From: Methanosphaera stadtmanae DSM 3091
GTDB lineage: Archaea > Methanobacteriota > Methanobacteria > Methanobacteriales > Methanobacteriaceae
Assembly: GCF_000012545.1 (NCBI RefSeq)
Contig: NC_007681.1
Location: 1,110,001-1,142,000 of the forward strand
Length of the DNA stretch: 32,000 bases
Reading direction: 5' to 3'
Shown here: positions 1-7,464 of the stretch, piece after piece
Layout: each line of letters begins with the position of its first letter
Position numbering within the stretch: position 1 is the first letter of the stretch
Made by a program: the position numbers and the translations under genes
Notes under the pieces: model-generated
The model's database searches: none
Told to the model about the DNA's origin: nothing
Seen by the model: only the letters and a program-made list of their open reading frames with translations

Positions 1-192
1 ATCTGTGTAAACTCTATATTCATTTGTTTGACAAGTTATATGATTAAATATGCCTGTTCTTTCTATTGGATTTTCTTTTATTGATTTAGCTGTTTTTTCT
101 CTTGCAAAAAAGGACACATCTTGTTTTTGTGATATTAATGATGCACCTAATGCTATACCAATTGATCCTGCACCTTCAATTAAAATATTCAT
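1..192 (-). CDS. ApbA/PanE-type 2-dehydropantoate 2-reductase-like oxidoreductase, N-terminal 64 codons only (gene runs off the left edge)
   Basis: Reverse-strand translation from the ATG (complement of 190-192) gives MNILIEGAGSIGIALGASLISQKQDVSFFAREKTAKSIKENPIERTGIFNHITCQTNEYRVYTD with no stop to position 1. The GxGxxG Rossmann start and overall pattern are typical of ketopantoate reductase N-domains. It is absent from the ORF track because it is truncated. Confidence 0.5.
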   Translation of the reverse strand, partial: MNILIEGAGSIGIALGASLISQKQDVSFFAREKTAKSIKENPIERTGIFNHITCQTNEYRVYTD

Positions 193-318
193 TATATTAC
201 CTTCAATAATCTAAATACTATTTAATAGATCTGATTTTCTATATTATCTAATATATTATTAAAGATATTTATATAAATGTTTTAAAAAATATAAAAAAAG
301 AGAATAAGAGACGTTAAT

Positions 319-326
319 AAAAAAAA
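319..326 (-). terminator. Oligo-T tract (T8 on the - strand) about 10 nt after the adh stop
   Basis: The A8 run on the + strand at 319-326 is T8 on the coding strand of adh. Archaeal RNAP terminates at oligo-T tracts. Confidence 0.35.
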
Positions 327-335
327 TGTTATTTT

Positions 336-1406
336 TTATTCTTTTATTGATACTACTGGTTTAATTAAGTCTCTTGGTTTATCTTTCATTAACATCAATG
401 CATCTTCTACTTTTTCAAGTCCTTTGAATCTGTGAGTTATAAGTAATTCTGGTTTTATACGACCATATTCTACAAGACTTGCAAGACGTTCCATTCTTAC
501 TCTTCCTCCAGGACATAAACCAGTATTTATGTCAATATTTGCCATTCCACATCCCCAAGCTTCTCTTGGTAGAGGTACAACATCTGCTCCACTTAAGTAG
601 TTAATATTTGAGATTTTTGATCCAGCTTTTGCCATTTTTACTGCTTGAGGCCATGTATCCATATTTCCTCCTGCAATAATTACTGCATCTACTCCTGCTC
701 CATCTGTAGCATCTCTTATTTGTTCATCAATAGGACCTTCTTTGTAGTTAATAATATCTGTTGCCCCATATTTTTTAGCTACATCTACACAGTTAGGTCT
801 AGTACCTACTGCAAATAATCTGGATGCTCCAAGTATTGCTGCTCCTGCTACTGCACTAAGACCTACTGGTCCAATTCCAATTACTGCTACTGTTGAACCT
901 ACTTTTATTTTTGCATTTTCTGCTCCCATTATTCCTGTTGAGAACATATCTGAAAGCATTGCAGCTGTTTCTGGTTCTATTGATTCTGGAAGTTTTGCAA
1001 GGTTTGCATCAGCCAAGTTCACATGGAAATATTCTCCAAATACTCCATCTTTGAAATTTGAAAATTTCCATCCACCGAGTGGTTCTGTTGTTTGTGAGGA
1101 ATATCCTCTTTGTGCTGCTTCATCTTCCCAGTCTGGTGTTATTGCTGGTACTATTACTTTATCACCTGGTTTAAAATCTTTTACATCAGGTCCAACTTCA
1201 TCTATTATTCCAACTGCTTCATGACCTAGAATCATATCTTTACGATCACCTATAGCTCCTTCCCATACTGTATGGATATCTGAAGTACATGGTGAGAGTG
1301 CTAATGGTTTTACTATTGCATCTCTTCTTCCACATTCTGGTTTTTCTTTTTCAACCCATCCAACTTCATTTAATCTTTTCATTGCAAATCCTGTGAATTT
1401 TGTCAT
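336..1406 (-). CDS. adh: NADP-dependent zinc alcohol dehydrogenase of the secondary-alcohol (Thermoanaerobacter brockii / Clostridium beijerinckii ADH) type
   Basis: Long runs match my memory of TbADH: PCTSDIHTV..EGAIG, ILGHEAVG, GWKFSN.KDGVFGE.FHVN.AD.NLA.LP, GIGPVGL, GLCPGGR.RMERL, MLMKDKP.DLIKPVV. The Cys/His/Asp catalytic-Zn ligand contexts are present. AVGTRPNCVDVAKKYGATDIINYK resembles the NADP-selective GSR...Y segment. The ORF-track start at 1415 is a GTG. I prefer the ATG at 1406 (MTKFTGFAMK), which has AGGTGG 5 nt upstream. Confidence 0.9.
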   Translation of the reverse strand: MTKFTGFAMKRLNEVGWVEKEKPECGRRDAIVKPLALSPCTSDIHTVWEGAIGDRKDMILGHEAVGIIDEVGPDVKDFKPGDKVIVPAITPDWEDEAAQRGYSSQTTEPLGGWKFSNFKDGVFGEYFHVNLADANLAKLPESIEPETAAMLSDMFSTGIMGAENAKIKVGSTVAVIGIGPVGLSAVAGAAILGASRLFAVGTRPNCVDVAKKYGATDIINYKEGPIDEQIRDATDGAGVDAVIIAGGNMDTWPQAVKMAKAGSKISNINYLSGADVVPLPREAWGCGMANIDINTGLCPGGRVRMERLASLVEYGRIKPELLITHRFKGLEKVEDALMLMKDKPRDLIKPVVSIKE

Positions 1407-1835
1407 ATAGTCCACCTTTTTTTGAATTTATATATATTTTATAAACTTTTATCTAGTAATATTAGAACTTTTATGATTTTTTTTTTATTCATAAAGATTC
1501 ACCGACAAAATCATGAATTTAATTGGAAAAATAGTTTTTCCATAGCTATTAGTTAGAGTTAACTTATCTTCAAAAAGTACTTTTGTCAGCGTATCAAAAA
1601 TATTTTTTAAAAGTTCTTGCTTGATAATTTGTTCTATCTTATATATAAATCTATCATAATTAATAATAATAAACTATGATAAATCATTATGTTTTATTTT
1701 TTTATAATAAAAATAAAACTATAAAATAAGCCTAAAAAAATATAAAAAAAAAATAAAAGAATAAAAATGGAAATATAATCTATTTTAGAAGGATTAAGTA
1801 ATAAATATTATTTAAATAATTTTTTTTACAAAAAA

Positions 1836-2297
1836 TTAACAACAACCCCCTGACTTATGAGAATATAAATGTTGATGTGAACTTTTTTTACGTGGAACAT
1901 TTAATTGTTTTAATTTATCAAAAATCAATCCCAATATAATCTCTAAATTAAAAAAATCATAGAATATATTGGATTTCCTTAAGTTATCTAATTGTTGTTT
2001 TGCTTGTTTATTTTCATTATTTGTTAATACCCATTCAATATCTAACACCATATTTTTTATTAAATCCTCTTTAATATGTATTAATTCATGTTCAAATTCA
2101 TGAGCCCTATCACGAATTTCATGGAATTTTTCTATATCCTCTTCTGTTAAATCATATAACTCCTCATATGTTATAAGGTTATTATATTGTGATAGTTGAT
2201 TATACATATCACTAGATTCCATAATTTTTTTTTGAATATTTTCTGAAATAATATTGAAGATTTCTATTTTAGTTTTATTTGCTTCCTGAGCTAACAT
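1836..2297 (-). CDS. Hypothetical small helical protein with a His ladder (HEFEHELIH) and a His/Cys-rich C-terminal tail (HQHLYSHKSGGCC)
   Basis: Open frame of about 153 codons with no family I recognise. The ORF-track start at 2306 is GTG. The first ATG (MLAQEANK) is at 2297. Confidence 0.5.
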   Translation of the reverse strand: MLAQEANKTKIEIFNIISENIQKKIMESSDMYNQLSQYNNLITYEELYDLTEEDIEKFHEIRDRAHEFEHELIHIKEDLIKNMVLDIEWVLTNNENKQAKQQLDNLRKSNIFYDFFNLEIILGLIFDKLKQLNVPRKKSSHQHLYSHKSGGCC

Positions 2298-2447
2298 ACA
2301 TACCACTATTAGATTTTTTTTATTCTATGTTTATTATCTTCTAAATATTTAAATATTGTCTTTTAAAATTTTTTTTACTAAACATGATATAACTTAATAA
2401 TAGAAAATAGAAATAATAATATAATAGAATATAGGTTGAATAATTAT

Positions 2448-2798
2448 ATGAATAGTAAATCATTAACATTAAATAATTTAGGTATAATTGAGGAATTAAA
2501 TTTTATTAGAAGTTATCATAAATACTTACTAGAATATTGTATAGAAAATGAAATATCTTATGATGGTAAGATTGCTGTAGCAATACTTAAATTAAATGAA
2601 GATATAGAAAGAATAGTATCTAATCCTGATGAAATTATAAGTCCAAGTGATATGAAATTACTTATTAAAATAGCAGAAGGTAGAGTATTTCTAGAAACTA
2701 CAGAATTATCTCCAATTTACAATACAAAAAATACTCATGATATTCTTAGAATTCCACGTTATAAAATGTATCATATACTTGAAAGTCATGGATATTAA
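2448..2798 (+). CDS. Hypothetical protein, possible C-terminal helix-turn-helix
   Basis: Open frame. The ORF-track start at 2436 is TTG and the first ATG is at 2448 (MNSKSLTL). The C-terminal THDILRIPRYKMYHILESHG resembles short Xis/AlpA-like HTH segments (weak). The stop abuts the stop of the convergent gene at 2799. Confidence 0.45.
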   Translation: MNSKSLTLNNLGIIEELNFIRSYHKYLLEYCIENEISYDGKIAVAILKLNEDIERIVSNPDEIISPSDMKLLIKIAEGRVFLETTELSPIYNTKNTHDILRIPRYKMYHILESHGY

Positions 2799-3899
2799 CT
2801 ATCCTATTATCTCCTTTAATTTTTCAGAATTTATGGATGTTGATATTCTATTTTGCATCCAATGATTACTACATCCTACATAATTAAGAATAACACATTG
2901 TGCTGGCATTCCTAATGATTTTGCCTTTAAACCACCATTAATTAAGTTTAATACACATGCAATTCCTATTATGGAAATTGTTTTTTTCTCATGTGTAGGT
3001 ATATCTTTAAATAATTCAGATTCATGTTTTATTACATACACCTCTTTTTCTATATAGTTTTTTAGTTGGTTTACATTACAGTTATCACTACAACCTATAC
3101 ATTGTTGTCCATAGATTGTTTCTTGTGATAGGCATTTTTTATTTTTTATTTGCATACATTCAGGTAATAGTATGATGGTTTTTTCTCTTTTATCATACTC
3201 ATTTCTGTATGCTCTATTCATTATTTCTGCTCCAAACATGTTCAGATGATATTCTACTTCTCTTCTTCCACAGAATATTAGATCTTCTTTGTTTTTATGT
3301 TTGTATAATTCTTGTTCTAAGTAATTATTTACATTATATGTGTATTTATGAAGTGTTTTATTTGTGATTGTTTTAAAGTAATCTGAGAAGTTAAGTACTT
3401 GTTTTAGTATTTTTTCTATTTCTGTTTTATTTTTTGTTTTAAGATATTCTTTAAAATAATTTAATTCCTTTAATTCAAAATAATATTCACCAGTAGCACT
3501 TAGATAATCAAATAATTTATCAATTGATGTTGTTGTAAAAGGAATTTCTTTTTTTGTATTTTTTGTTAGTTTTTCTGTGATAATATGACCTTTAATATAG
3601 TCTATATCTTCTTTTATTTGTGTATTGTTTCGTCTTATTTTTGCAAGTTTAATTAAAATATTTTTTGATGTATCATCTAGAGTGTATGCTTTTTGAATAT
3701 ATTCCATCCAATATATTCCTATGGATACTATATCTAGTATACATTCCATACCTGATTTTTGTATGTGTTGATTTACATATTCTACATAGTCATTTAGAAA
3801 TTGAATGTAGTTATTTGAATTTTTGATTATTATGTTTGTTGTTTTTTCTATTTGGGTATTGTAATCATTATTTTCTATGTTATATGTTATGTTTTTCAT
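2799..3899 (-). CDS. Cys-rich DUF116-like domain protein with a novel ~240-aa N-terminal region
   Basis: The C-terminal ~125 aa (about 2802-3173) carry 8 Cys in the pattern ILLPEC..KKC..QQCIGCSDNC...IIGIACVLNL..GMPAQCV..VGC. I recognise this as the Pfam DUF116 signature, from memory. The start ATG lies 20 nt inside the 3' end of the upstream tetR gene. Confidence 0.6.
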   Translation of the reverse strand: MKNITYNIENNDYNTQIEKTTNIIIKNSNNYIQFLNDYVEYVNQHIQKSGMECILDIVSIGIYWMEYIQKAYTLDDTSKNILIKLAKIRRNNTQIKEDIDYIKGHIITEKLTKNTKKEIPFTTTSIDKLFDYLSATGEYYFELKELNYFKEYLKTKNKTEIEKILKQVLNFSDYFKTITNKTLHKYTYNVNNYLEQELYKHKNKEDLIFCGRREVEYHLNMFGAEIMNRAYRNEYDKREKTIILLPECMQIKNKKCLSQETIYGQQCIGCSDNCNVNQLKNYIEKEVYVIKHESELFKDIPTHEKKTISIIGIACVLNLINGGLKAKSLGMPAQCVILNYVGCSNHWMQNRISTSINSEKLKEIIG

Positions 3900-4524
3900 T
3901 TATTGCACTGTCCATGTTTTTAAATATTTTTAGAGCATAGTCTTCTATTTGTTTAAATAGATAATCTAATTGCTCTTGTAGTTTATCTTCACTCATATAT
4001 GTTGAATCTAAAACTATTAAGTCAAATCTTACTAGTGCATAGTAATAAAATTCTTCTGCTAACTTGTATGGTTCCATTTCATCTATATCTTCATTTTCTA
4101 ATAATGTTTTGAATATATTTGTCCAAAATTTCAGTGGATTTGATATTATATGTTTTTTATAGAATTTTCTTACTTTTTCATTATGATATTTTTCTATGTT
4201 TATTATTCTCCATATTTTTATTATTTCCATGTTATTTAGTTGTTTTTTAAAGAGTTCTGAACCATAATGATATAATTGTTCTATATTATCTAGATTTTTT
4301 TTTAAGTCTGATGATTCAAGTGATGTTTCCTCAAGTATGTCTAGAAACTTTTTTAGTATTTTATCTAGTATGTCTTCCTTATTTTTATAGTGGTTGTATA
4401 TTGAGCTTTCTTTTATTCCAACATCCCGTGCTATACTTCTTATAGATACATTATCATATCCTTTTTTTGATATTTTTTCTATTGATATTTGTAGGATTTT
4501 TTCTTTTGTATTTGTTTGTCTCAT
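3880..4524 (-). CDS. TetR/AcrR-family transcriptional regulator
   Basis: N-terminal HTH: KEKILQISIEKISKKGYDNVSIRSIARDVGIKESSIYNHYKNKEDIL is the canonical TetR_N pattern. It is followed by an all-helical C-terminal ligand domain. Confidence 0.85.
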   Translation of the reverse strand: MRQTNTKEKILQISIEKISKKGYDNVSIRSIARDVGIKESSIYNHYKNKEDILDKILKKFLDILEETSLESSDLKKNLDNIEQLYHYGSELFKKQLNNMEIIKIWRIINIEKYHNEKVRKFYKKHIISNPLKFWTNIFKTLLENEDIDEMEPYKLAEEFYYYALVRFDLIVLDSTYMSEDKLQEQLDYLFKQIEDYALKIFKNMDSAINEKHNI

Positions 4525-4533
4525 AATTATTAC

Positions 4534-4547
4534 CTAACACTTGTTAG
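4534..4547 (-). promoter_or_regulatory. Proximal candidate TetR operator CTAACAAGTGTTAG (read on the - strand)
   Basis: Inverted arms CTAAC/GTTAG with a 4-nt spacer. It lies 10-23 nt upstream of the tetR ATG, about 22 nt downstream of the TATA box, where the TSS is expected. Confidence 0.5.
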
Positions 4548-4568
4548 TTTAGTATTTATTAGTAGGAA

Positions 4569-4576
4569 TATATAAA
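4569..4576 (-). promoter_or_regulatory. Archaeal TATA box TTTATATA for the tetR/DUF116 operon
   Basis: The - strand reads CTTTATATATTCC. This is a consensus-like TATA 45-52 nt upstream of the ATG at 4524. Confidence 0.5.
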
Positions 4577-4577
4577 G

Positions 4578-4591
4578 CTAACGCTTGTTAG
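4578..4591 (-). promoter_or_regulatory. Distal candidate TetR operator CTAACAAGCGTTAG (read on the - strand)
   Basis: 13 of 14 nt are identical to the proximal copy, in the same orientation. It lies immediately upstream (BRE side) of the TATA box. Confidence 0.5.
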
Positions 4592-4606
4592 GATAATATA
4601 TTGTAT

Positions 4607-4625
4607 AAAAAAAATTATAAAAAAA
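4607..4625 (-). terminator. Twin oligo-T tracts (T8 and T7 on the - strand) after the SpoIIM-like gene
   Basis: The - strand reads CTTTTTTTATAATTTTTTTTATAC, 17-35 nt after the stop at 4642. Confidence 0.45.
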
Positions 4626-4641
4626 GAAGAAGAAAACTTCC

Positions 4642-5727
4642 TTAAATTCCAAGAAGTGTTCTTCCAATAGGTATTGTTAAGTTTGCTTCAACATAAGCTG
4701 CAATCATAAGTAAAACAAACACAACAACCATAATAACAATACTATCTAAAATCATTTTAAGAGAAACTACCATGAATTTACTAAAAGAAATCTCTTTTCT
4801 TAAAGTTAAACCATTGAATAAATTCAATATAGCCTGTGTTACTTTAAAACCTGCACCTCCAGCCAACATGACAGCAGTTAATTCAAGAATTCCATGAGGT
4901 ACTGTAAATGATAAGAAATATGAAATTGGTAATTGAGATCCTGTAAATCCAATTAATAATCCATTATAAATCAATAAATAAATATTTGGAATACTTAAAC
5001 AAATACCACTTATAAACATTCTAAATGCAACTGAAAAGTTATTTATAAACAATGGGGTTGTTGCGAGTTCTACTGTACCACTTTGAACACCTTCCTGCAT
5101 TCCCTGATATGCTGGTATTATTAATGATTGGAATACTGAAGGATAAAAGTATGAAAATAATGTGAATGTTACAAAAAATATTACTGATAATAAAAGATGA
5201 TACTTTATTCTATGAAGAAAATTTATAATATGATCTGATTTAGATAAATTATGTTTTTCTTCATTAAATACACTAAAATCATGTTTATTTGTAAATATTT
5301 TTACTGTACAATCAATAATTGCTTGTGATAACTCTGTTACTAACACTATAAATGTATAACTTGGATTTACAAAGAACAATAAAATTGCAACTATTGTATA
5401 TCCACAATATCCTTCTTTTACATGATTAGATAACATGAGATATGTTAATAGTAGTGATAATAATATTGTAAGAGGTACTTCAATAGTTATTATATCTGCC
5501 AGTTGTACTTGTGCTGTTAGAGCACATGCCACATAGATAAATACAGATAATATTGCAGCTGCAAAATATTTGTTAATATTAAAAATATTATTCTCTGCTT
5601 TTTGTTTTTCAATACTTTTTTCATTTACACTAACTTTTATATTATGAATATGATGATATATATTCTGAGTATCATCATATATAGGATTTTGATTTATATT
5701 AATTTTTATATTTTCCTTATCATCCAT
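4642..5727 (-). CDS. Integral membrane protein, SpoIIM/DUF95 family, with extended N-terminal half
   Basis: NNFSVAFRMFISG...IYNGLLIGF and FTVPHGILELTAVMLAGGAGFK match the stage II sporulation protein M family signature (NN...NG..G...PHG..E). Multiple hydrophobic helices. Strong RBS AGGAGG upstream of the ATG. Confidence 0.7.
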   Translation of the reverse strand: MDDKENIKININQNPIYDDTQNIYHHIHNIKVSVNEKSIEKQKAENNIFNINKYFAAAILSVFIYVACALTAQVQLADIITIEVPLTILLSLLLTYLMLSNHVKEGYCGYTIVAILLFFVNPSYTFIVLVTELSQAIIDCTVKIFTNKHDFSVFNEEKHNLSKSDHIINFLHRIKYHLLLSVIFFVTFTLFSYFYPSVFQSLIIPAYQGMQEGVQSGTVELATTPLFINNFSVAFRMFISGICLSIPNIYLLIYNGLLIGFTGSQLPISYFLSFTVPHGILELTAVMLAGGAGFKVTQAILNLFNGLTLRKEISFSKFMVVSLKMILDSIVIMVVVFVLLMIAAYVEANLTIPIGRTLLGI

Positions 5728-5939
5728 CCTATGCCTCCTAGTATAATTACTTTTTTATGTTTATAAATTAATCTATGTATAAAATTTGTACATATTAATA
5801 ATATAATATATAATTAAATTAATATATTAAGTTTTTCATGTATAAGAATTGTACTAGTATTATATTTTCATTTTAAAATTTAATATAACATTAATTATAA
5901 AAATTAATAATAAGAAAAAACATAATTGGTGTAAAAAAC

Positions 5940-6644
5940 ATGAAAGTAACTGTATCATTATTTAATTCTAAAACAAAAGATGTGGCAATAGTAATTGATT
6001 TATTAAGAGCAAGCACGACAATAACAATAGCCTTAAATACATTCAATAAAGTAATACCAGTAAACACATCTAACGAAGCATTTGAACTAAAAAATAAATA
6101 TAATGCACTACTTGCTGGAGAAGACAATCTTAAAACAATCGAAGGATTTGACATAACAAACTCACCAAAAGAAGTACAAAAACACGAAGGAGATGTACTT
6201 GTATTAAAAACAACAAATGGAACAAGAGTACTAGAAAATACAAAAAATAACAACAAAAATGTAACAGTACTAATTGGTACAGGCATCAATGCAAATGCAG
6301 TAGCTAAAAAAGCACTAGAAATAGCTACTGAGGAGATAGAAATTGTAATGGCAGGAAGACATGAAAAATTCAATATAGAAGATGCAACAGGTGCAGGTGT
6401 AATAGTTAAAGAAATAATTAAATCTGCAAAAGATCAAAACATACCACTAGAATTAGATGAAACTGCACTTGCATCAACAATACTTGCTAAAGATGAAAAA
6501 CAAGTAAAAGAATTAATAGGAAATTCATGGGGCGCAACAAAACTTACTAAACTAGGATTAGAAGACGATGTTAAACTATGTCAATTAATTAATGAAATTA
6601 ATGAAGTACCAATATACAAAAATAATGAAATAACAAAACTATAA
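5940..6644 (+). CDS. comB: 2-phosphosulfolactate phosphatase (coenzyme M biosynthesis)
   Basis: VIDLLRASTTITIAL...LLAGEDNLKTIEGFDITNSPKE...VLKTTNGTRVL matches ComB family motifs (D.LRATTT, GE, NSP, TTNGT). About 234 aa, typical length. Confidence 0.8.
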   Translation: MKVTVSLFNSKTKDVAIVIDLLRASTTITIALNTFNKVIPVNTSNEAFELKNKYNALLAGEDNLKTIEGFDITNSPKEVQKHEGDVLVLKTTNGTRVLENTKNNNKNVTVLIGTGINANAVAKKALEIATEEIEIVMAGRHEKFNIEDATGAGVIVKEIIKSAKDQNIPLELDETALASTILAKDEKQVKELIGNSWGATKLTKLGLEDDVKLCQLINEINEVPIYKNNEITKL

Positions 6645-6658
6645 TATAGGAGAATACA

Positions 6659-7441
6659 ATGGAACTTATAGATATTGGATTAAATCTAATGCATAAATCA
6701 TATGATAAAGATAGAATTGATGTTATTAATGAAGCCAAAAAAGTAAATGTAACAAAAGCCATAATAACTGGAAGTAGTATTCAATCAAGTATTCAAGCTA
6801 CAGAATATGCATTAAAATACCCTAACCTCTATGCAACATGTGGAGTACATCCCCATGATGCAAAAACATGTGATGAAAACACAATAGACACACTACATAA
6901 ACTAGCAAAAAATGACTGTGTTGTTGCAATTGGTGAATGTGGTCTTGATTACAATAGAAACTACTCTCCCCAAAACATACAACGTAAATGGTTTGAAAAA
7001 CAAGTAGAACTAGCAGAAAAATTAGATATGCCCCTATTTTTACATGACAGAGAATCCTATGATGATTTTGCAAAAATACTCAGAAAACACAAAAAAATGG
7101 CTAAACAATCAGTAGTTCATTGTTTTACTGGAACAAAATATGAAGCTGAAGATTACCTTGATTTAGGCTGTTATATTGGTATTACCGGATGGATCTGTGA
7201 TGAACGTAGAAACAGTGACTTACTCAAAGCTATTAAAGTAATACCTCCAGAAAAATTAATGATAGAAACTGATGGTCCATTCTTACTTCCAAGAGATTTT
7301 GAAAAAAAACCTAAAAAAAATAGAAACGAACCAAAATATCTACCACATATCCTAAAAAGAATAGCAAAAGAAATGAATATAGAACCAGAAACACTAGCAA
7401 AAGAAGTTACACATAACACAAAAGAATTCTTTAGAATATAA
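6659..7441 (+). CDS. tatD: TatD-family metal-dependent hydrolase/DNase
   Basis: Motifs GVHPHDA, IGECGLDY, PLFLHDRES, VVHCFTG, ETDGPFL. RBS GGAG. Only 14 nt after comB. Confidence 0.85.
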   Translation: MELIDIGLNLMHKSYDKDRIDVINEAKKVNVTKAIITGSSIQSSIQATEYALKYPNLYATCGVHPHDAKTCDENTIDTLHKLAKNDCVVAIGECGLDYNRNYSPQNIQRKWFEKQVELAEKLDMPLFLHDRESYDDFAKILRKHKKMAKQSVVHCFTGTKYEAEDYLDLGCYIGITGWICDERRNSDLLKAIKVIPPEKLMIETDGPFLLPRDFEKKPKKNRNEPKYLPHILKRIAKEMNIEPETLAKEVTHNTKEFFRI

Positions 7442-7464
7442 CAAAAAGAGGATAAAAGATTAAA

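Noticed and set aside
1485-1668. A ~60-codon open frame on the - strand in the adh upstream region (…KIEQIIKQELLKNIFDTLTKVLFEDKLTLTNSYGKTIFPIKFMILSVNLYE*).
   Set aside because: There is no ATG/GTG/TTG start near its 5' end, no RBS and no recognisable motif. It may be a decayed gene remnant or chance in AT-rich DNA. It is not supportable as a gene.
1836-1850. The C-terminal GGCC of the 1836-2297 protein as a Rab-like double-Cys prenylation signal.
   Set aside because: Protein geranylgeranylation of CC termini is a eukaryotic Rab feature and needs dedicated machinery not known in methanogens. In the His-rich context, metal binding is the more economical reading.
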